Source: an uncultured delta proteobacterium (lineage in GTDB: Bacteria; Myxococcota_A; Polyangia; Fen-1088). Taken from it: a stretch of DNA of 64,000 nucleotides. The stretch is taken from positions 256,001 through 320,000 of the forward strand of contig CAVTRY010000012.1 in NCBI GenBank assembly GCA_963737265.1, read 5' to 3'. Below are positions 31,020 to 40,947 of the stretch, in pieces (within the stretch, counting starts at the first letter, position 1; every line of letters starts with the position of its first letter). Both the position numbers and the translations under genes were made by a program. Under the pieces are notes generated by a model. It was not told the DNA's origin, searched no databases, and was given only the letters and a program-made list of their open reading frames with translations.

Positions 31020-31316
31020 TTGAAGGTCGTCTGGAGTGAGCAGGCGCTCGTGCGCTTAACCGAGATTCAGGACTTCGTCGCCCGCGCCAATCCCGAGGCG
31101 GCCGAGCGTCTCGTACACCGAATCGCCGACCGAGGCGAGGAGTTGTCCAAGTTTCCCGAAATGGGAAGAACGGTGTCCGAGCTTCCTGGAACGGGTCTGC
31201 GTGAAATCATTGAGGGACGTCACCGAATCGTCTACCGAATCCAGTCGAAGGACATCGAGGTTCTGACCGTCTTCGAAGGACACCGTCAGTTCCCGGCGGA
31301 GGATGTGGTTAAGTAA
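31020..31316 (+). CDS. RelE/ParE toxin
   Basis: MKVVWSEQA...FPEMGR...LREII...RIVYRI. Confidence 0.92.
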   Translation: MKVVWSEQALVRLTEIQDFVARANPEAAERLVHRIADRGEELSKFPEMGRTVSELPGTGLREIIEGRHRIVYRIQSKDIEVLTVFEGHRQFPAEDVVK

Positions 31317-31637
31317 CGATTTCGGACAATCGTGTGCTCGATCGCTGCGGGTTCCATCAGCGGATCTCGAGGAAAGTACCCTCGGACGGGATCTGCCGGG
31401 ATCTGCCGGGCAATGGGCAGAGCCGCTCGTGCGTCAGTTCCACTCCCTCGCTCGCCTCAGGTTCTGGCTGCGACTACTAATCTGCCCGTGCCCGGCATCA
31501 TCTGGGATCGCGGGGCATGGAAAGGGCAGCGGAAAGTTGCGCGAAAAGCGCCCTGGGCGGGATTTTGGGGAAGAGCGTTGCCCGGTGATCGGAATCTGTC
31601 CATAGTTACCAGACATACCGAACGGAGCACAGCGCGA

Positions 31638-31905
31638 ATGCGTCAATCGTGGACCTTCGCCACAAGACCGAGCAGATTATCGAGGCACTGGACCGGAGAG
31701 AGACCGTCTCGGTTCTCTATCGCGGCAAGGTGAAGGGCCGACTGGTGCCGGCGGTGTTGGCGGACCGCCCAAAGTGCAGAACAGCGCCTTCTTCGGCATG
31801 CGGGCGAAAGACCGCACGCCGGTGCCAAAGGTGATGCAGGCGCTCAGGGGCGGATGGTATCGCAATCTTTGATACGGACGTCCTTATCTACGCGCAACGT
31901 GGCGT
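31638..31905 (+). pseudogene. Decayed Phd-like antitoxin plus the first codons of a VapC
   Basis: DLRHKTEQIIEALDRRETVSVLYRGK, then IFDTDVLIYAQRG, truncated. Confidence 0.7.
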
Positions 31906-32047
31906 GCGCCGGGCAGCGCTCCACGCGACAGGAAGCGAACCGCCCGGGCTCGGACGCCTGCCTCACCGTGTCTTCATCGGATGCAACAGTTTCTCGGACA
32001 GGGGACGGGAAAGGTTGTTCGAGGGAGAGTACCCGTGGAGTGGGTTT

Positions 32048-32065
32048 CCATACCCTCCGGTATGG
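32048..32065. promoter_or_regulatory. Palindromic putative antitoxin operator
   Basis: CCATACC-ctcc-GGTATGG, about 26 bp upstream of the antitoxin start. Confidence 0.55.
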
Positions 32066-32091
32066 TAGTATGCGTACCTGATGAGGGCGCA

Positions 32092-32337
32092 ATGAAGACG
32101 ACCATCGAACTTTCGGATAACCTCTTTGCTCGCGCGAGAAAACTGGCTCGCGAGGAGCGCAAGACCTTGCGGGCCATCGTCGAGGAGGGAGTCTCACTCG
32201 CGCTCGATGCGCATGCCCGCCGTCGCTCACCCCGGATCAAACCGGTCGTGTTCGCCGGGAAGGGCTTGAGCGACGAGTTCCGCCATGCTCCTTGGCATCG
32301 CGTGCGAGATCTCATTCACGCTGGGCGGGGCGGATGA
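32092..32337 (+). CDS. VapB-type RHH antitoxin
   Basis: MKTTIELSDNLFARARKLA...TLRAIVEEG. Confidence 0.88.
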   Translation: MKTTIELSDNLFARARKLAREERKTLRAIVEEGVSLALDAHARRRSPRIKPVVFAGKGLSDEFRHAPWHRVRDLIHAGRGG

Positions 32338-32768
32338 TCGCGGTCGACACGAACATCCTGGTCTACGCGCATCGTGCCGACAGCGAATGGCACGAAGTCG
32401 CGCTCGAAAAAGTCCTGTCGCTTGCACGCGGCACATCCCGGTGGGCGATCCCGTGGCCCTGTGTCCACGAGTTCCTCGCAATTTGCACGCATCCCCGCAT
32501 TTACGTTCCGCCATCGCCGCTTGCCTTGGCCATGGATGCGCTTGCGGAATGGTTCAAGTCGCCTCGCTGCGATGTCGTCGGAGAAGGACCGGAATACTTT
32601 GGTCTACTCCGCGACCTCTGCGAGAAGGGCCGAGTATCCGGCGGCGCCATCCACGACGCCAGGATCGCCGCCATCTGCATGCATCATGGCGTTTCCGAAC
32701 TGTGGAGCGCCGATCGCGACTTCGGCCGTTTCTCGGGCCTAAAGGTGACAAACCCGCTTCTTGCCTGA
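32334..32768 (+). CDS. vapC: VapC/PIN toxin
   Basis: MIAVDTNILVYAH...HDARIAA...WSADRDF. Confidence 0.93.
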   Translation: MIAVDTNILVYAHRADSEWHEVALEKVLSLARGTSRWAIPWPCVHEFLAICTHPRIYVPPSPLALAMDALAEWFKSPRCDVVGEGPEYFGLLRDLCEKGRVSGGAIHDARIAAICMHHGVSELWSADRDFGRFSGLKVTNPLLA

Positions 32769-33064
32769 CTTGGTGGATCGCGCAGGACCCTTTCGACTGT
32801 CCGAAAAGCCCCGAACTTCACTTCGACATCAGCCCGCGCATCGCCGCCAAGAGCAAGTGGCCAAGAATCGAGGCCATCGGCCGCAGCAGGGCCTTCCTTG
32901 ACCAATACCGGTTGGCCATCAAGGCATGGATGGATGGCGTCGCCCACGTCGTCTTCCCCTACGGAACCTATTGGATGCGGAAGTTCGCGCGCGTCCTTTG
33001 CGAGGCGGCGGATGGGATGCAAGAGGCCTTTGCAACACCCGACGAAGCGTCAGCACCGGCGTAA
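32769..33064 (+). pseudogene. C-terminal remnant of a myxobacterial Y1/HUH (RAYT/IS200-like) transposase
   Basis: SPRIAAKSKWPRIEA...FLDQYR.A...W..G...VVFPYGTYWMR; recognised from memory of this family, not searched. Confidence 0.7.
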
Positions 33065-33226
33065 GGCCGGTCCGCAGGCATGGCCGTGACAGGAAAGTGT
33101 CGTTCGAGAAGACACATCCCAAGGCTATCCAAGGACGTTCGCAACCGAATCCGCAGGGCCATTGTTCCAAGCCCGCGCGTTCCAGGAAAGGCTGACCCCT
33201 GATGCGAGATGCTGGCGCCGAAGGTT

Positions 33227-33826
33227 CTATGATTCGTCGGCGGCATCCTCGGCAATCGTGACGGGTTCCAGCGCCGCCTCGCTCGACGGTGAGAGGAGCG
33301 GCCACGTCGCAGTGGGGTGGCTTGGCTTGGGCGAGTTGAGGCGGATTTGCTCGCCGTTCAACGCCACGTCGTCGTTTGCGCTGAGCTCGATGTTGCCGCG
33401 GCGAGCGCGGTGCTGCTGCGCATGGGCCTCGGACTGGATAGTTCCCCCGGCGCGGACTTCGATATTCCTGTCGACGACTTCGGTGAGATTCGCGCTGCGC
33501 AGGGTGATTTGTTCGCGGGCGTTCAATTCGAGCCGCTCACAATCGAGGCGCAGCTCGCCCGCGGCAGCGAGCCGCAGCGATTGTGCCTGCATTTCCACCA
33601 CCGGCCCATCCGCGCCAAGAGTCATGCGCAGACACATCTGCCCGTCCCGTCCCGTGACCGACAAAACATCCTCGCCGTTCACCTGGTTGCAAGCCAAGAC
33701 GTAGCCCGAACGCAGAAGAATGGACTCGTTGGTTCTTTGGGTGGCCGCAAGCTCGGCAGGCTGCGAGTCGTGCGACGGGCGATTCTGGTTGGGGGGCGCG
33801 GCTTGCGTTTTGGGCGTGTCATTCAT
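33227..33826 (-). CDS. Putative VgrG/gp5 C-terminal-like spike protein
   Basis: Repeated short beta-strand pattern ending GNIELSANDDVALNGEQIRLN; downstream of DUF2169 genes. Confidence 0.6.
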   Translation of the reverse strand: MNDTPKTQAAPPNQNRPSHDSQPAELAATQRTNESILLRSGYVLACNQVNGEDVLSVTGRDGQMCLRMTLGADGPVVEMQAQSLRLAAAGELRLDCERLELNAREQITLRSANLTEVVDRNIEVRAGGTIQSEAHAQQHRARRGNIELSANDDVALNGEQIRLNSPKPSHPTATWPLLSPSSEAALEPVTIAEDAADES

Positions 33827-33952
33827 GATGGAACCTTCGTGGCAAGTTGATGGAAGCTCAATCGTAGTCCCTCAGCGGCAGGGCGTCGGCGATACTCAAG
33901 GTGTTTGGACAAGGTTGGTCACAGTGAACCCTCTTGACACGGCCGGTCAAGA

Positions 33953-34645
33953 TCACTCGTGGTCCTTCAGCGGCAACGCGTCGACAATACCTGCGAGATC
34001 GTCGATAATCTTCCGCAGATCGACGGGATCGGTACGCAAGCAGAAGGAATATCCCTGGAATTTCACCTTGGGTCGATCTGCGTACTCAGCGGTGATGGCG
34101 ATGCGCCGCGGTTCTATGGCCACTTCTGTGATGCGCAAAGGCCGTCGCGCTGGATCGAGGAGTCCGAGAATACGGTTCTGTTCCGTCGGAATAAGGTCAA
34201 GCAACTGCACCTTCGCCTCCCGCAAATACTTCTCCTTCCAATACCCGAATAGATTGTCACCAGATCGTTGACGGAAAGTTGGTGGAATAGCCCACCCGTC
34301 ATCATGTCTGGGTGCAAGTGCAACGGAAATACAAGGTTCGCGATATGGATGATGGCCTGAGATGCCGTCGCCGCTGCCCTGGGTTTCGTAGGCAGGCTGG
34401 ATCTCGATTCCATAGCCAAGATATTTCCCGGTCAGGACTGGTACTAGTGGAATGTCGAGTCCCGACGGGAGGGGGGCATAGGTCAGATTCAAGTCTAGCG
34501 GCTGGGAAGCTTTCTCCAACAAGGAAACGGTGAAAGCCATTTCGGCAGCTGCACATTTTTTGTACCGAGCTTCGCTTGCAAACGTGTGTACAAGCAATCC
34601 CCCGAGCGCCACCACGGCTAGAAAGAGACCTAGGACTTCCAACAT
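33953..34645 (-). CDS. Hypothetical membrane-anchored protein (possible immunity)
   Basis: N-terminal hydrophobic helix; visibly AT-richer; inside the DUF2169 operon. Confidence 0.65.
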   Translation of the reverse strand: MLEVLGLFLAVVALGGLLVHTFASEARYKKCAAAEMAFTVSLLEKASQPLDLNLTYAPLPSGLDIPLVPVLTGKYLGYGIEIQPAYETQGSGDGISGHHPYREPCISVALAPRHDDGWAIPPTFRQRSGDNLFGYWKEKYLREAKVQLLDLIPTEQNRILGLLDPARRPLRITEVAIEPRRIAITAEYADRPKVKFQGYSFCLRTDPVDLRKIIDDLAGIVDALPLKDHE

Positions 34646-34660
34646 CTGAAGGTTGAACCC

Positions 34661-35866
34661 CTATGCGACTGGCTCCGCATCCAACGGTTGGAGCCTTTCT
34701 CGGTCGACAAAGACCTCCACGCTCTCCGAGACGGTCTTTAGCGGATCTTCCGATCTTTTCAGTGAATCTAGGAGTCCTTGGGGGAGCACCCAGGATGCGT
34801 GCCAAATTGCATAGACGCCCATCTCCAGAAGGCTGATAAGGATCCGATGGGTTGTAACTCTTGGCTCGCTGACTTTGCCAAGGTGTCGGACGAGCACGCG
34901 AGGTTGATCGGGTGGAACTTGGACCACCATTGAACCGTCGGGGGAGAGAGAGGTGAGTTCGATTGGGTCAATACGGTCAAGCTTGGGCAGAATTAGCGCC
35001 GGCGATGCTGCGTCAGCGCATCGCCAATCCAATGGGGTATCGAGCTTCGCACTCATGACCTTCCGAACGTGGCCCACATCCAAATAGCCACAGCGAACTT
35101 CGGGCACCAGGCGATCGTCAGCCGGCAAGCCGTCGGGAATAGCGCCGTAGTGAACCAAGCGCGGATACCAACCCTTGGAAAACCAGTTGCAGCTCCACGG
35201 CATGGGCTGGCGCCACCAGTGGAGGGGATCTACCGTCACGAGGCGCTGTGGCGTCAGTAGATCTGCGGGGTTCTCAATATTGGGCAAGACCAGACCGTCG
35301 AGACGCGCACTCTCAGATACGACATACCCCCTTCCGATGGGATTGCGTGGATAAACACCGGGGTCGAGGGACAACATCTGCTCAAGGTGAGTGACCTTTG
35401 GGAGCGGCACGGTATCGTCAAAGCCGCCGTAGGCATTTTCGTACCGCATTTCGATTGCATCGAAAGGTTCGGGAGGTGTGAATTACCAGGTTCCCTTGCC
35501 GTGGTACGCGACTCGTCGGTCGCCACTGATTCGATAGCAGACCTCGTGACCGCCAACCCGAATTTTCGCTGTCTCATGCCGAGCGCCACGACCCCATGCC
35601 TTTGCCATAACGATCAGATCGGTGCGTTGTTTGAGGGGAATGATGTCGGTTTCGTTGAAGTCCGCTTCGTCTTCCGCCATGTCATTGCCAGCGAGCAAGG
35701 GAATCTCCCCTTCAGCACGCGTGCAGCGCCCGTCGGGGCGGAGACGATAGACCCTCTTCACATGAACCGACAGACTCGGACGGCCCTGCTCGTCGGCAGC
35801 CAGCAAATAGGTCCTGCTGGGTGGAGGTCGGGTTGCTTGGGGGTCGGTATCAACCACTGACGTCAT
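34661..35866 (-). pseudogene. DUF2169-family protein with an in-frame TAA at 35483-35485
   Basis: The two ORFs are in the same frame: ...ISGDRRV...GTW*FTPPEPFDAIEMRYENAYGG...YPRNPIGRG...LPNIENP. Confidence 0.8.
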
Positions 35867-35869
35867 GTG

Positions 35870-36712
35870 CTACCACCATTTTGCGTCAAAGAATTTGTAG
35901 CTGTAGTCACCCCGGCCGACGCTCGGGGATCCGCGCGCAGCACCCGTGACTAGGGGTGACACAACCCAGCTCTTGAGAAGGTGATCAATCGCTTTGTTAC
36001 CCAGTTGCGGAAGCATGTACCTGGCGGCCAGTCGCGCACCCCCCTGCGCCATCACCGTGAAGATTCCCGCGTTGGGCTGCAGGGTGAATCCCAAGAGAAG
36101 AGTCCTCGCGCACCTATTCGCGATCGCGTTCTTTTCCGGAAAGAACTTGAAGAGCTTTTCGAAAAGAGGGTTCTTGCTGACGAATTTGCTCCAAAGTTTG
36201 TCGACCAGAATGTCCATGGCGATGTACAGAACGCCTTTTATCAAGTCGCCGACGGACGGACTTGTCCACACAGTGCATTTGAAAAGGAGAACGACACCCG
36301 TTGGAAGTGAGACAGGATTACAGCAAATTTCTCCAAACAGAAAAGCTAGGTAGGTTCCTACTGGACTTCCCTTGAGTTGAACGCTGGAGATCGGAAACAT
36401 GACTTTATGCTTGGAGAGCAGCGTGTTGACTGCGCACAAGGCGTTCATGGGAATGGCAAAATGCGGAATCATGTAGCCGACGTCATGGCCCTGCTTGACG
36501 CCGGGATTGCCGTCTACGAGTACGGTGAGGGCTTTCTTGTGTGACAGGGTTCCAGCGGGATTCCCCATCGGCATTGGCCCCTCAAGCAAGCCGGGAAGAG
36601 CAGTTGGAGACGGCGGAATCGGGGGGCATGCAGCGTTGTGCATGGTGAACGCCGAAATCACCCATTGCCCGTATCCAGCATTCAGTATTGGACAAGGAAT
36701 TCCTAAACCCAT
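35870..36712 (-). CDS. PAAR-like domain protein with a hydrophobic/basic C-terminal extension
   Basis: MH..CPP.PP...TVLVDGNPGVKQGHD...PH...SSVQLKGSPVG; sits between two DUF2169 genes. Confidence 0.55.
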   Translation of the reverse strand: MGLGIPCPILNAGYGQWVISAFTMHNAACPPIPPSPTALPGLLEGPMPMGNPAGTLSHKKALTVLVDGNPGVKQGHDVGYMIPHFAIPMNALCAVNTLLSKHKVMFPISSVQLKGSPVGTYLAFLFGEICCNPVSLPTGVVLLFKCTVWTSPSVGDLIKGVLYIAMDILVDKLWSKFVSKNPLFEKLFKFFPEKNAIANRCARTLLLGFTLQPNAGIFTVMAQGGARLAARYMLPQLGNKAIDHLLKSWVVSPLVTGAARGSPSVGRGDYSYKFFDAKWW

Positions 36713-36720
36713 GATGACTC

Positions 36721-37857
36721 CTAACCAGAGGCGAGCAGGGGAAGCGATTCGATGATTTGAGTTAGGGGATGCATTTCGCGCAGCATGTCCCAGGGGATCG
36801 GCATGTTCTCGGGAAGGTCGGGCGATTCGATGGAGATCGCCGTGGGCTTTGCCGCCAGTTCATTGGTGATAATCGTCGTGGACGAATCGAGCGGGGGTGT
36901 GTCGCTGACGAACAGGCGAACGTGGCGCAGGCGTTCGGGGATGAATTGGTACAGAAACGCGCGCCGGGCGACGACCCACAGGCGGCGTTGATCGGGCACC
37001 AGGCACAGGGTATCGGGAATCAATTGCAGCTGGTGTTTGCGCTGGCCCAGCATGATTTCGGCGGCGAGGTTCAGGCTGGGCAGGCGGCATTGCCAGGGCG
37101 AGCTGGACATGCCAGTAACGGACACCGGGGCGCCCGCTGGGAAGGCGGGCAGGTGCATGCGTGGGTGCGATGACACGAAAGCCAGCGGCGTGAAGGTGGT
37201 CTTTTGTCGTTCGAGATCGACGTTGATTCCTCGCGTGCCGCGCAGTGCGCTGGTTCTGGGCAAGGGCAACAGGCTGGCGGGCAGGGGCGTCTGGTCCCAG
37301 CTGGTCATCGGCTGGTCGACCTCTTCGAGGTTGGGAAGGCGAATGCCAGGCGCAAGCTTCGCGGAAAGGCACCATCCTCGGCCAAGGGGATTGTTGGGCT
37401 CGGTGGTTTCGATGCCGCTGGGGTGGATGGCCTTGCCCCCGAAGGCTCGGGAATAGTCGAGGGACATGGTTTGAAAGAGGGCGGTTCGCGAAACCGAGAC
37501 GCCGAAGGTCCTGGGCAGCCAAGCGCGATCTCCCGTCACCTGGAGCGTCCGCGCGAAGTTACCGATCTTGATGGTGACCAGCATTTTCTCGGCCAAGCCC
37601 TTGGGGCTAACGGCGGGCCCATAGACCGCGAAATCGCAGCCCTGTTTGATGGGCACCAAATCGTTTTCCAGGACGCCGAGGGGTGTTTCCACATCGCCCT
37701 CGTTGATGCCAAGTGGCTCGCCTGCCGGGGTCGCCGTCCCGTTTGCGTCAACCTGGTAGGACGCCTTGGCGACGAGCGTTGCGAGAACGAGATCTCGATA
37801 GTGAAGCTGGGCGCGAAGAATCTGCGCTGGAAAAGGGGTAGGCTCGATAAGCTGCAT
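36721..37857 (-). CDS. DUF2169-family T6SS/spike adaptor
   Basis: DLVPIKQGCD, LQVTGDRAW, LDYSRAFGG, NPLGRG, LPNLE and DTLCL motifs. Confidence 0.88.
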   Translation of the reverse strand: MQLIEPTPFPAQILRAQLHYRDLVLATLVAKASYQVDANGTATPAGEPLGINEGDVETPLGVLENDLVPIKQGCDFAVYGPAVSPKGLAEKMLVTIKIGNFARTLQVTGDRAWLPRTFGVSVSRTALFQTMSLDYSRAFGGKAIHPSGIETTEPNNPLGRGWCLSAKLAPGIRLPNLEEVDQPMTSWDQTPLPASLLPLPRTSALRGTRGINVDLERQKTTFTPLAFVSSHPRMHLPAFPAGAPVSVTGMSSSPWQCRLPSLNLAAEIMLGQRKHQLQLIPDTLCLVPDQRRLWVVARRAFLYQFIPERLRHVRLFVSDTPPLDSSTTIITNELAAKPTAISIESPDLPENMPIPWDMLREMHPLTQIIESLPLLASG

Positions 37858-37972
37858 AGGGAACGAAGTCTCGGTCGGTATTTAGGATGATGTCAACGAA
37901 AACGGTCAGGGAGAGGACACCGAACGGTCCGAACGGTTATCGGCCCTGCCAAAATCCTGGGATCCAGGCAAT

Positions 37973-38354
37973 ATGGCCACTCTGTGTCCCGCGGGCCCGA
38001 CATGTGGGCCCGTAAGTCGTCGCTTCATCGAAATCGGAATCAGCGGCCATCTTCCGAAGACGGGGACCACATGTCATCTTAGCGTCTGCGTGCCATTCGA
38101 CCCGCAAGTGGATCGCCTCCCGGTCGATTTCGAATTCGCCCCGGAGATGCTGACGGCGCGCGGAGGCCCATGGTTGCAAGAATATGTCTGCTCCGGCTAC
38201 TCCGAGGAGACAGTGCTGCCAAGGGCTCGCGGGGAAGGTAATCTCATATATCCCGTTTCGTCACTTGATGGTTCCCCTCCACGCTGGAAGGGCCGCGTTG
38301 TGCTAAAGAAGGTAGGTGGATTGGGCGAGCTGGTACTTGGAAACCTCGACTACA
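37973..38354 (+). other. Hypothetical ORF whose 3' end runs into a repeat element
   Basis: Protein-like composition; abuts the transposase 5' remnant at about 38355. Confidence 0.3.
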
Positions 38355-38457
38355 GGGTAATCATGCAGTCACGGCCGGGCACGACCTGGCGAGGGAGGGT
38401 CATGCATGGGTTCTCGGCAACGGCAGTTGCGAGGGAAGTACCCTCGGACGGGATTTC
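38355..38457 (-). mobile_element. 5'-end remnant of the HUH-transposase element
   Basis: Motif, conserved leader and MTLPRQVVPGRDCMIT. Confidence 0.75.
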
Positions 38458-38519
38458 CGATTGGAAGGGAAACACGATGTTCGCCAAACCAGCCACGTGA
38501 CCCAGGAAGGCATCCCGAC

Positions 38520-38779
38520 ACTTCTCGACGAAGCCTCGGTTGCCTACTTACCTCGATAAACGTCTTTCCGACGATGATCCTATAGCCACCGTGATCGTAC
38601 CTCCAGAAGTCGCCGAGTTTGGAACCCTTCAACGCCTCCCCAAGAGCGCGAGGATTTTCCAACGGCGCGATCCTTTCATCGAGATACTTCAAGATGCGCT
38701 TGGAAATCTGACGGTCGAAGGATTCGAGATTTCGCGCTGCCTCGGGAGAGTATCGTAAACGCTAGGGCGCCTTACTCAT
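38520..38779 (-). pseudogene. RelE toxin pseudogene
   Basis: MSKAP*RLRYSPEA...ENPRALGEALKGSKLGDFWRY; in-frame TAG and a damaged 3' end. Confidence 0.78.
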
Positions 38780-38992
38780 TTGCCGTCTTGAGGCCGTACC
38801 GCTTCATCATGTCTTCGTGTGAGATCGTGACGCCGCCAGCACGAATTTCAGCAAGACTCTTCTCGGCCAGGTAGATGTCTTCCATGTCGTCGATGCGCTC
38901 CTCGATGGCCTTGCGCGCGTAGAACGACTTCGTCCTCCCGGTGGATTCCGCCAGGGATGCGAGGCGCTTTTCTAGGTCTTGGGGAAGCCGTA
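38772..38992 (-). pseudogene. RelB-like RHH antitoxin with its start replaced by the repeat cluster
   Basis: VRLPQDLEKRLASLAESTGRTKSFYARKAI...EDIYLAE. Confidence 0.8.
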
Positions 38993-39250
38993 CATGTGCA
39001 TGAGTTCTCGGAAAACGGCAGGGGAAAGTTGCGCGAAAAAGCACCTTGGAAGGGACTTGGGGGAAGACTATCGGACGGAATTTCTGAGTTGCGCTAAAGA
39101 GTACCCTCGGAGGGGATTTCGGATTTCCGGAGGAAAAAGTACCCTCGGACGGGATTTTGGATTGAAGTACCCTCGGACGGGGATCTGCGAAGAAGTACCC
39201 TCGGACGGGGATCTAAATTCCGACGTACCCTGGATGGGAGTCGGGATTTT
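38993..39250 (+). repeat. Cluster of motif copies with the element leader
   Basis: Four exact copies plus several degenerate ones; near-duplicate of 40988-41230. Confidence 0.9.
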
Positions 39251-39270
39251 TGGATTTGCGAGCTCGGCGC

Positions 39271-39675
39271 TCAGTCTTTCCAGCTCTCGACAGTGAGACC
39301 GGTGATCGTGCCATCGAGCAAGGCGCCGTCGTTCGTCACCAGCGTGGCCCCCAGGTCAAGCGCAGTCGCCGCGATCAGCATGTCCAGGTCCGCTTTGTTG
39401 ATGCCCTTCGCGCGTAGCTCCGCCTTCAAGCGCCCAAAATGAGCCGCTCCCCCGAGGCTGAGCGGCACGATCTCCAGCGGCTCCAATTCCTTCTCCAGGT
39501 GGCGGCAGTTCGCTTCCTGTCGCGTGGAGCGCTGCACGCCGCAAAACAGCTCCGCCACCACGACGATGCTGGTCACCACTCGTCCAGTTCGCCCAGCTTC
39601 ATTGGCCCGGGCTCGGACGCCTGCCTCACCGTTCAGGATGTAGACCAGCGTGTTGGTGTCGAGTAGCCAAGTCAC
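39271..39675 (-). CDS. vapC: VapC/PIN toxin
   Basis: WLLDTNTL...DMLIAATAL...TLVTND; paralogue of 8337-8759. Confidence 0.93.
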   Translation of the reverse strand: MTWLLDTNTLVYILNGEAGVRARANEAGRTGRVVTSIVVVAELFCGVQRSTRQEANCRHLEKELEPLEIVPLSLGGAAHFGRLKAELRAKGINKADLDMLIAATALDLGATLVTNDGALLDGTITGLTVESWKD

Positions 39676-39968
39676 AGGATCTCAGGCGTCTCCGCGTTTC
39701 CACCAGCGTCCCGTCCCTCTCGCAGGATCCGGATGATCTCCTCGGTGGACTCCCCTTCCCACGGCCCCGCCGCTGCCATCCGATCTCCCAGGCCAGGCGC
39801 CGGCTCCTCGCCACGAGCGGTGACTACCCGCAACTCCACGTCGAGTTCGTCCAGGTGCGCACGCACCGGCTGCGACGGGTCGCGCCTCAGCTTTGCCAGT
39901 GCTTCCTCCAGCGCTTTCGGAATTTGTTTTTGCGGTGTCGACCGGATCCGTGGCGGCTGGATTTTCAT
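39672..39968 (-). CDS. Putative antitoxin
   Basis: Overlaps vapC; acidic C-terminus GPWEGESTEEIIRILREGR. Confidence 0.75.
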   Translation of the reverse strand: MKIQPPRIRSTPQKQIPKALEEALAKLRRDPSQPVRAHLDELDVELRVVTARGEEPAPGLGDRMAAAGPWEGESTEEIIRILREGRDAGGNAETPEIL

Positions 39969-39987
39969 TCCGTCAGCGCCTTTCCCA

Positions 39988-40497
39988 TCAAGCCGCGGCA
40001 TTCCAGTCCTCGCCCTGCAACGTCATCTTGATTCGGCTCGGCTTGGCGATCGAGCCGAGTCGCGCGAACAGGCCAATATCTGGCCGCGCATCCCAGTCGT
40101 GCAACAGGACCAACGTCCGCAACAGACGATCCGGAACTTGCCCGATCGGTTCACGCCCTGTCTCCCAGCGTGAAACCGACGTCTTGGTGACGCCCAAGTG
40201 TTGTGCCATTTCTTCGCCGGTGAAGTTGAGATGGTGGCGAAGAAATGCCACCTCCGACGCTGCCAGCCGGCCCGGCTTCTTCACAACCGCTGCTGCGACA
40301 GCTCGATGTAGACGTGCAGGGGCATGGATCGCGACGCTTTCCCCAGCGCAAAGCACGCACCTCAGGATCGTCGCGTTCTCCAGCGTCACCGACAACCCTC
40401 CCTCGAAGCGGTAGCGATAGGGACGTCGCTCGGTTTCGAGCATACCGCCGCAGTCAAGACACTTCCCCGCTCCAGGTTTCTTCCTATTGCTTCGCAT
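39988..40497 (-). CDS. MqsA-like zinc-finger/HTH antitoxin
   Basis: CLDC...CVLC; LRHHLNFTGEEMAQHLGVTKTSVSRWETG. Confidence 0.88.
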   Translation of the reverse strand: MRSNRKKPGAGKCLDCGGMLETERRPYRYRFEGGLSVTLENATILRCVLCAGESVAIHAPARLHRAVAAAVVKKPGRLAASEVAFLRHHLNFTGEEMAQHLGVTKTSVSRWETGREPIGQVPDRLLRTLVLLHDWDARPDIGLFARLGSIAKPSRIKMTLQGEDWNAAA

Positions 40498-40514
40498 GAT
40501 GCCTTTCCTCCCTT

Positions 40515-40853
40515 TCACCTGGCGCGCCACGCCGTCACGACCACCGTCCAGCTCTCGGTTCGCAAGCTGATCACCACGCACACCTTCGACCGACGAACCC
40601 GATATCTCCACGATCCCCGCTCCTGCTCCCCCGGCTCGACAACACCTCCGCGAAGAACGCCCACGACTTCATCCTCCGTGATGTCGTCATCTGCCATTTC
40701 CTTGCGGGCGTGTGGCGAGTATTCAATGGTTCCGTTCTCCAGCAGCGCCACCAGAAGCGATTTGACTCTACCGGGCTCCAGAGGCTCCTTTATCCATCGT
40801 GAGACTATGCCGTTGGTATACATAATGTCAACCCAATCGGCGATTTTGGCCAA
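40515..40853 (-). CDS. DUF4258-like toxin
   Basis: YSPHARKEMADDDITEDEV...WRYRV...VVVTAW; true start may lie downstream. Confidence 0.8.
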   Translation of the reverse strand: MAKIADWVDIMYTNGIVSRWIKEPLEPGRVKSLLVALLENGTIEYSPHARKEMADDDITEDEVVGVLRGGVVEPGEQERGSWRYRVRRSKVCVVISLRTESWTVVVTAWRAR

Positions 40854-40947
40854 CGGCCGTGGGCCGGGTTCGACCGTCTGACCGAGCGGAACGCTTCATC
40901 GTGTCGGTCGCGCTCGGTCTTGCCGATTCTGAAGCTGGTAAAACCGT

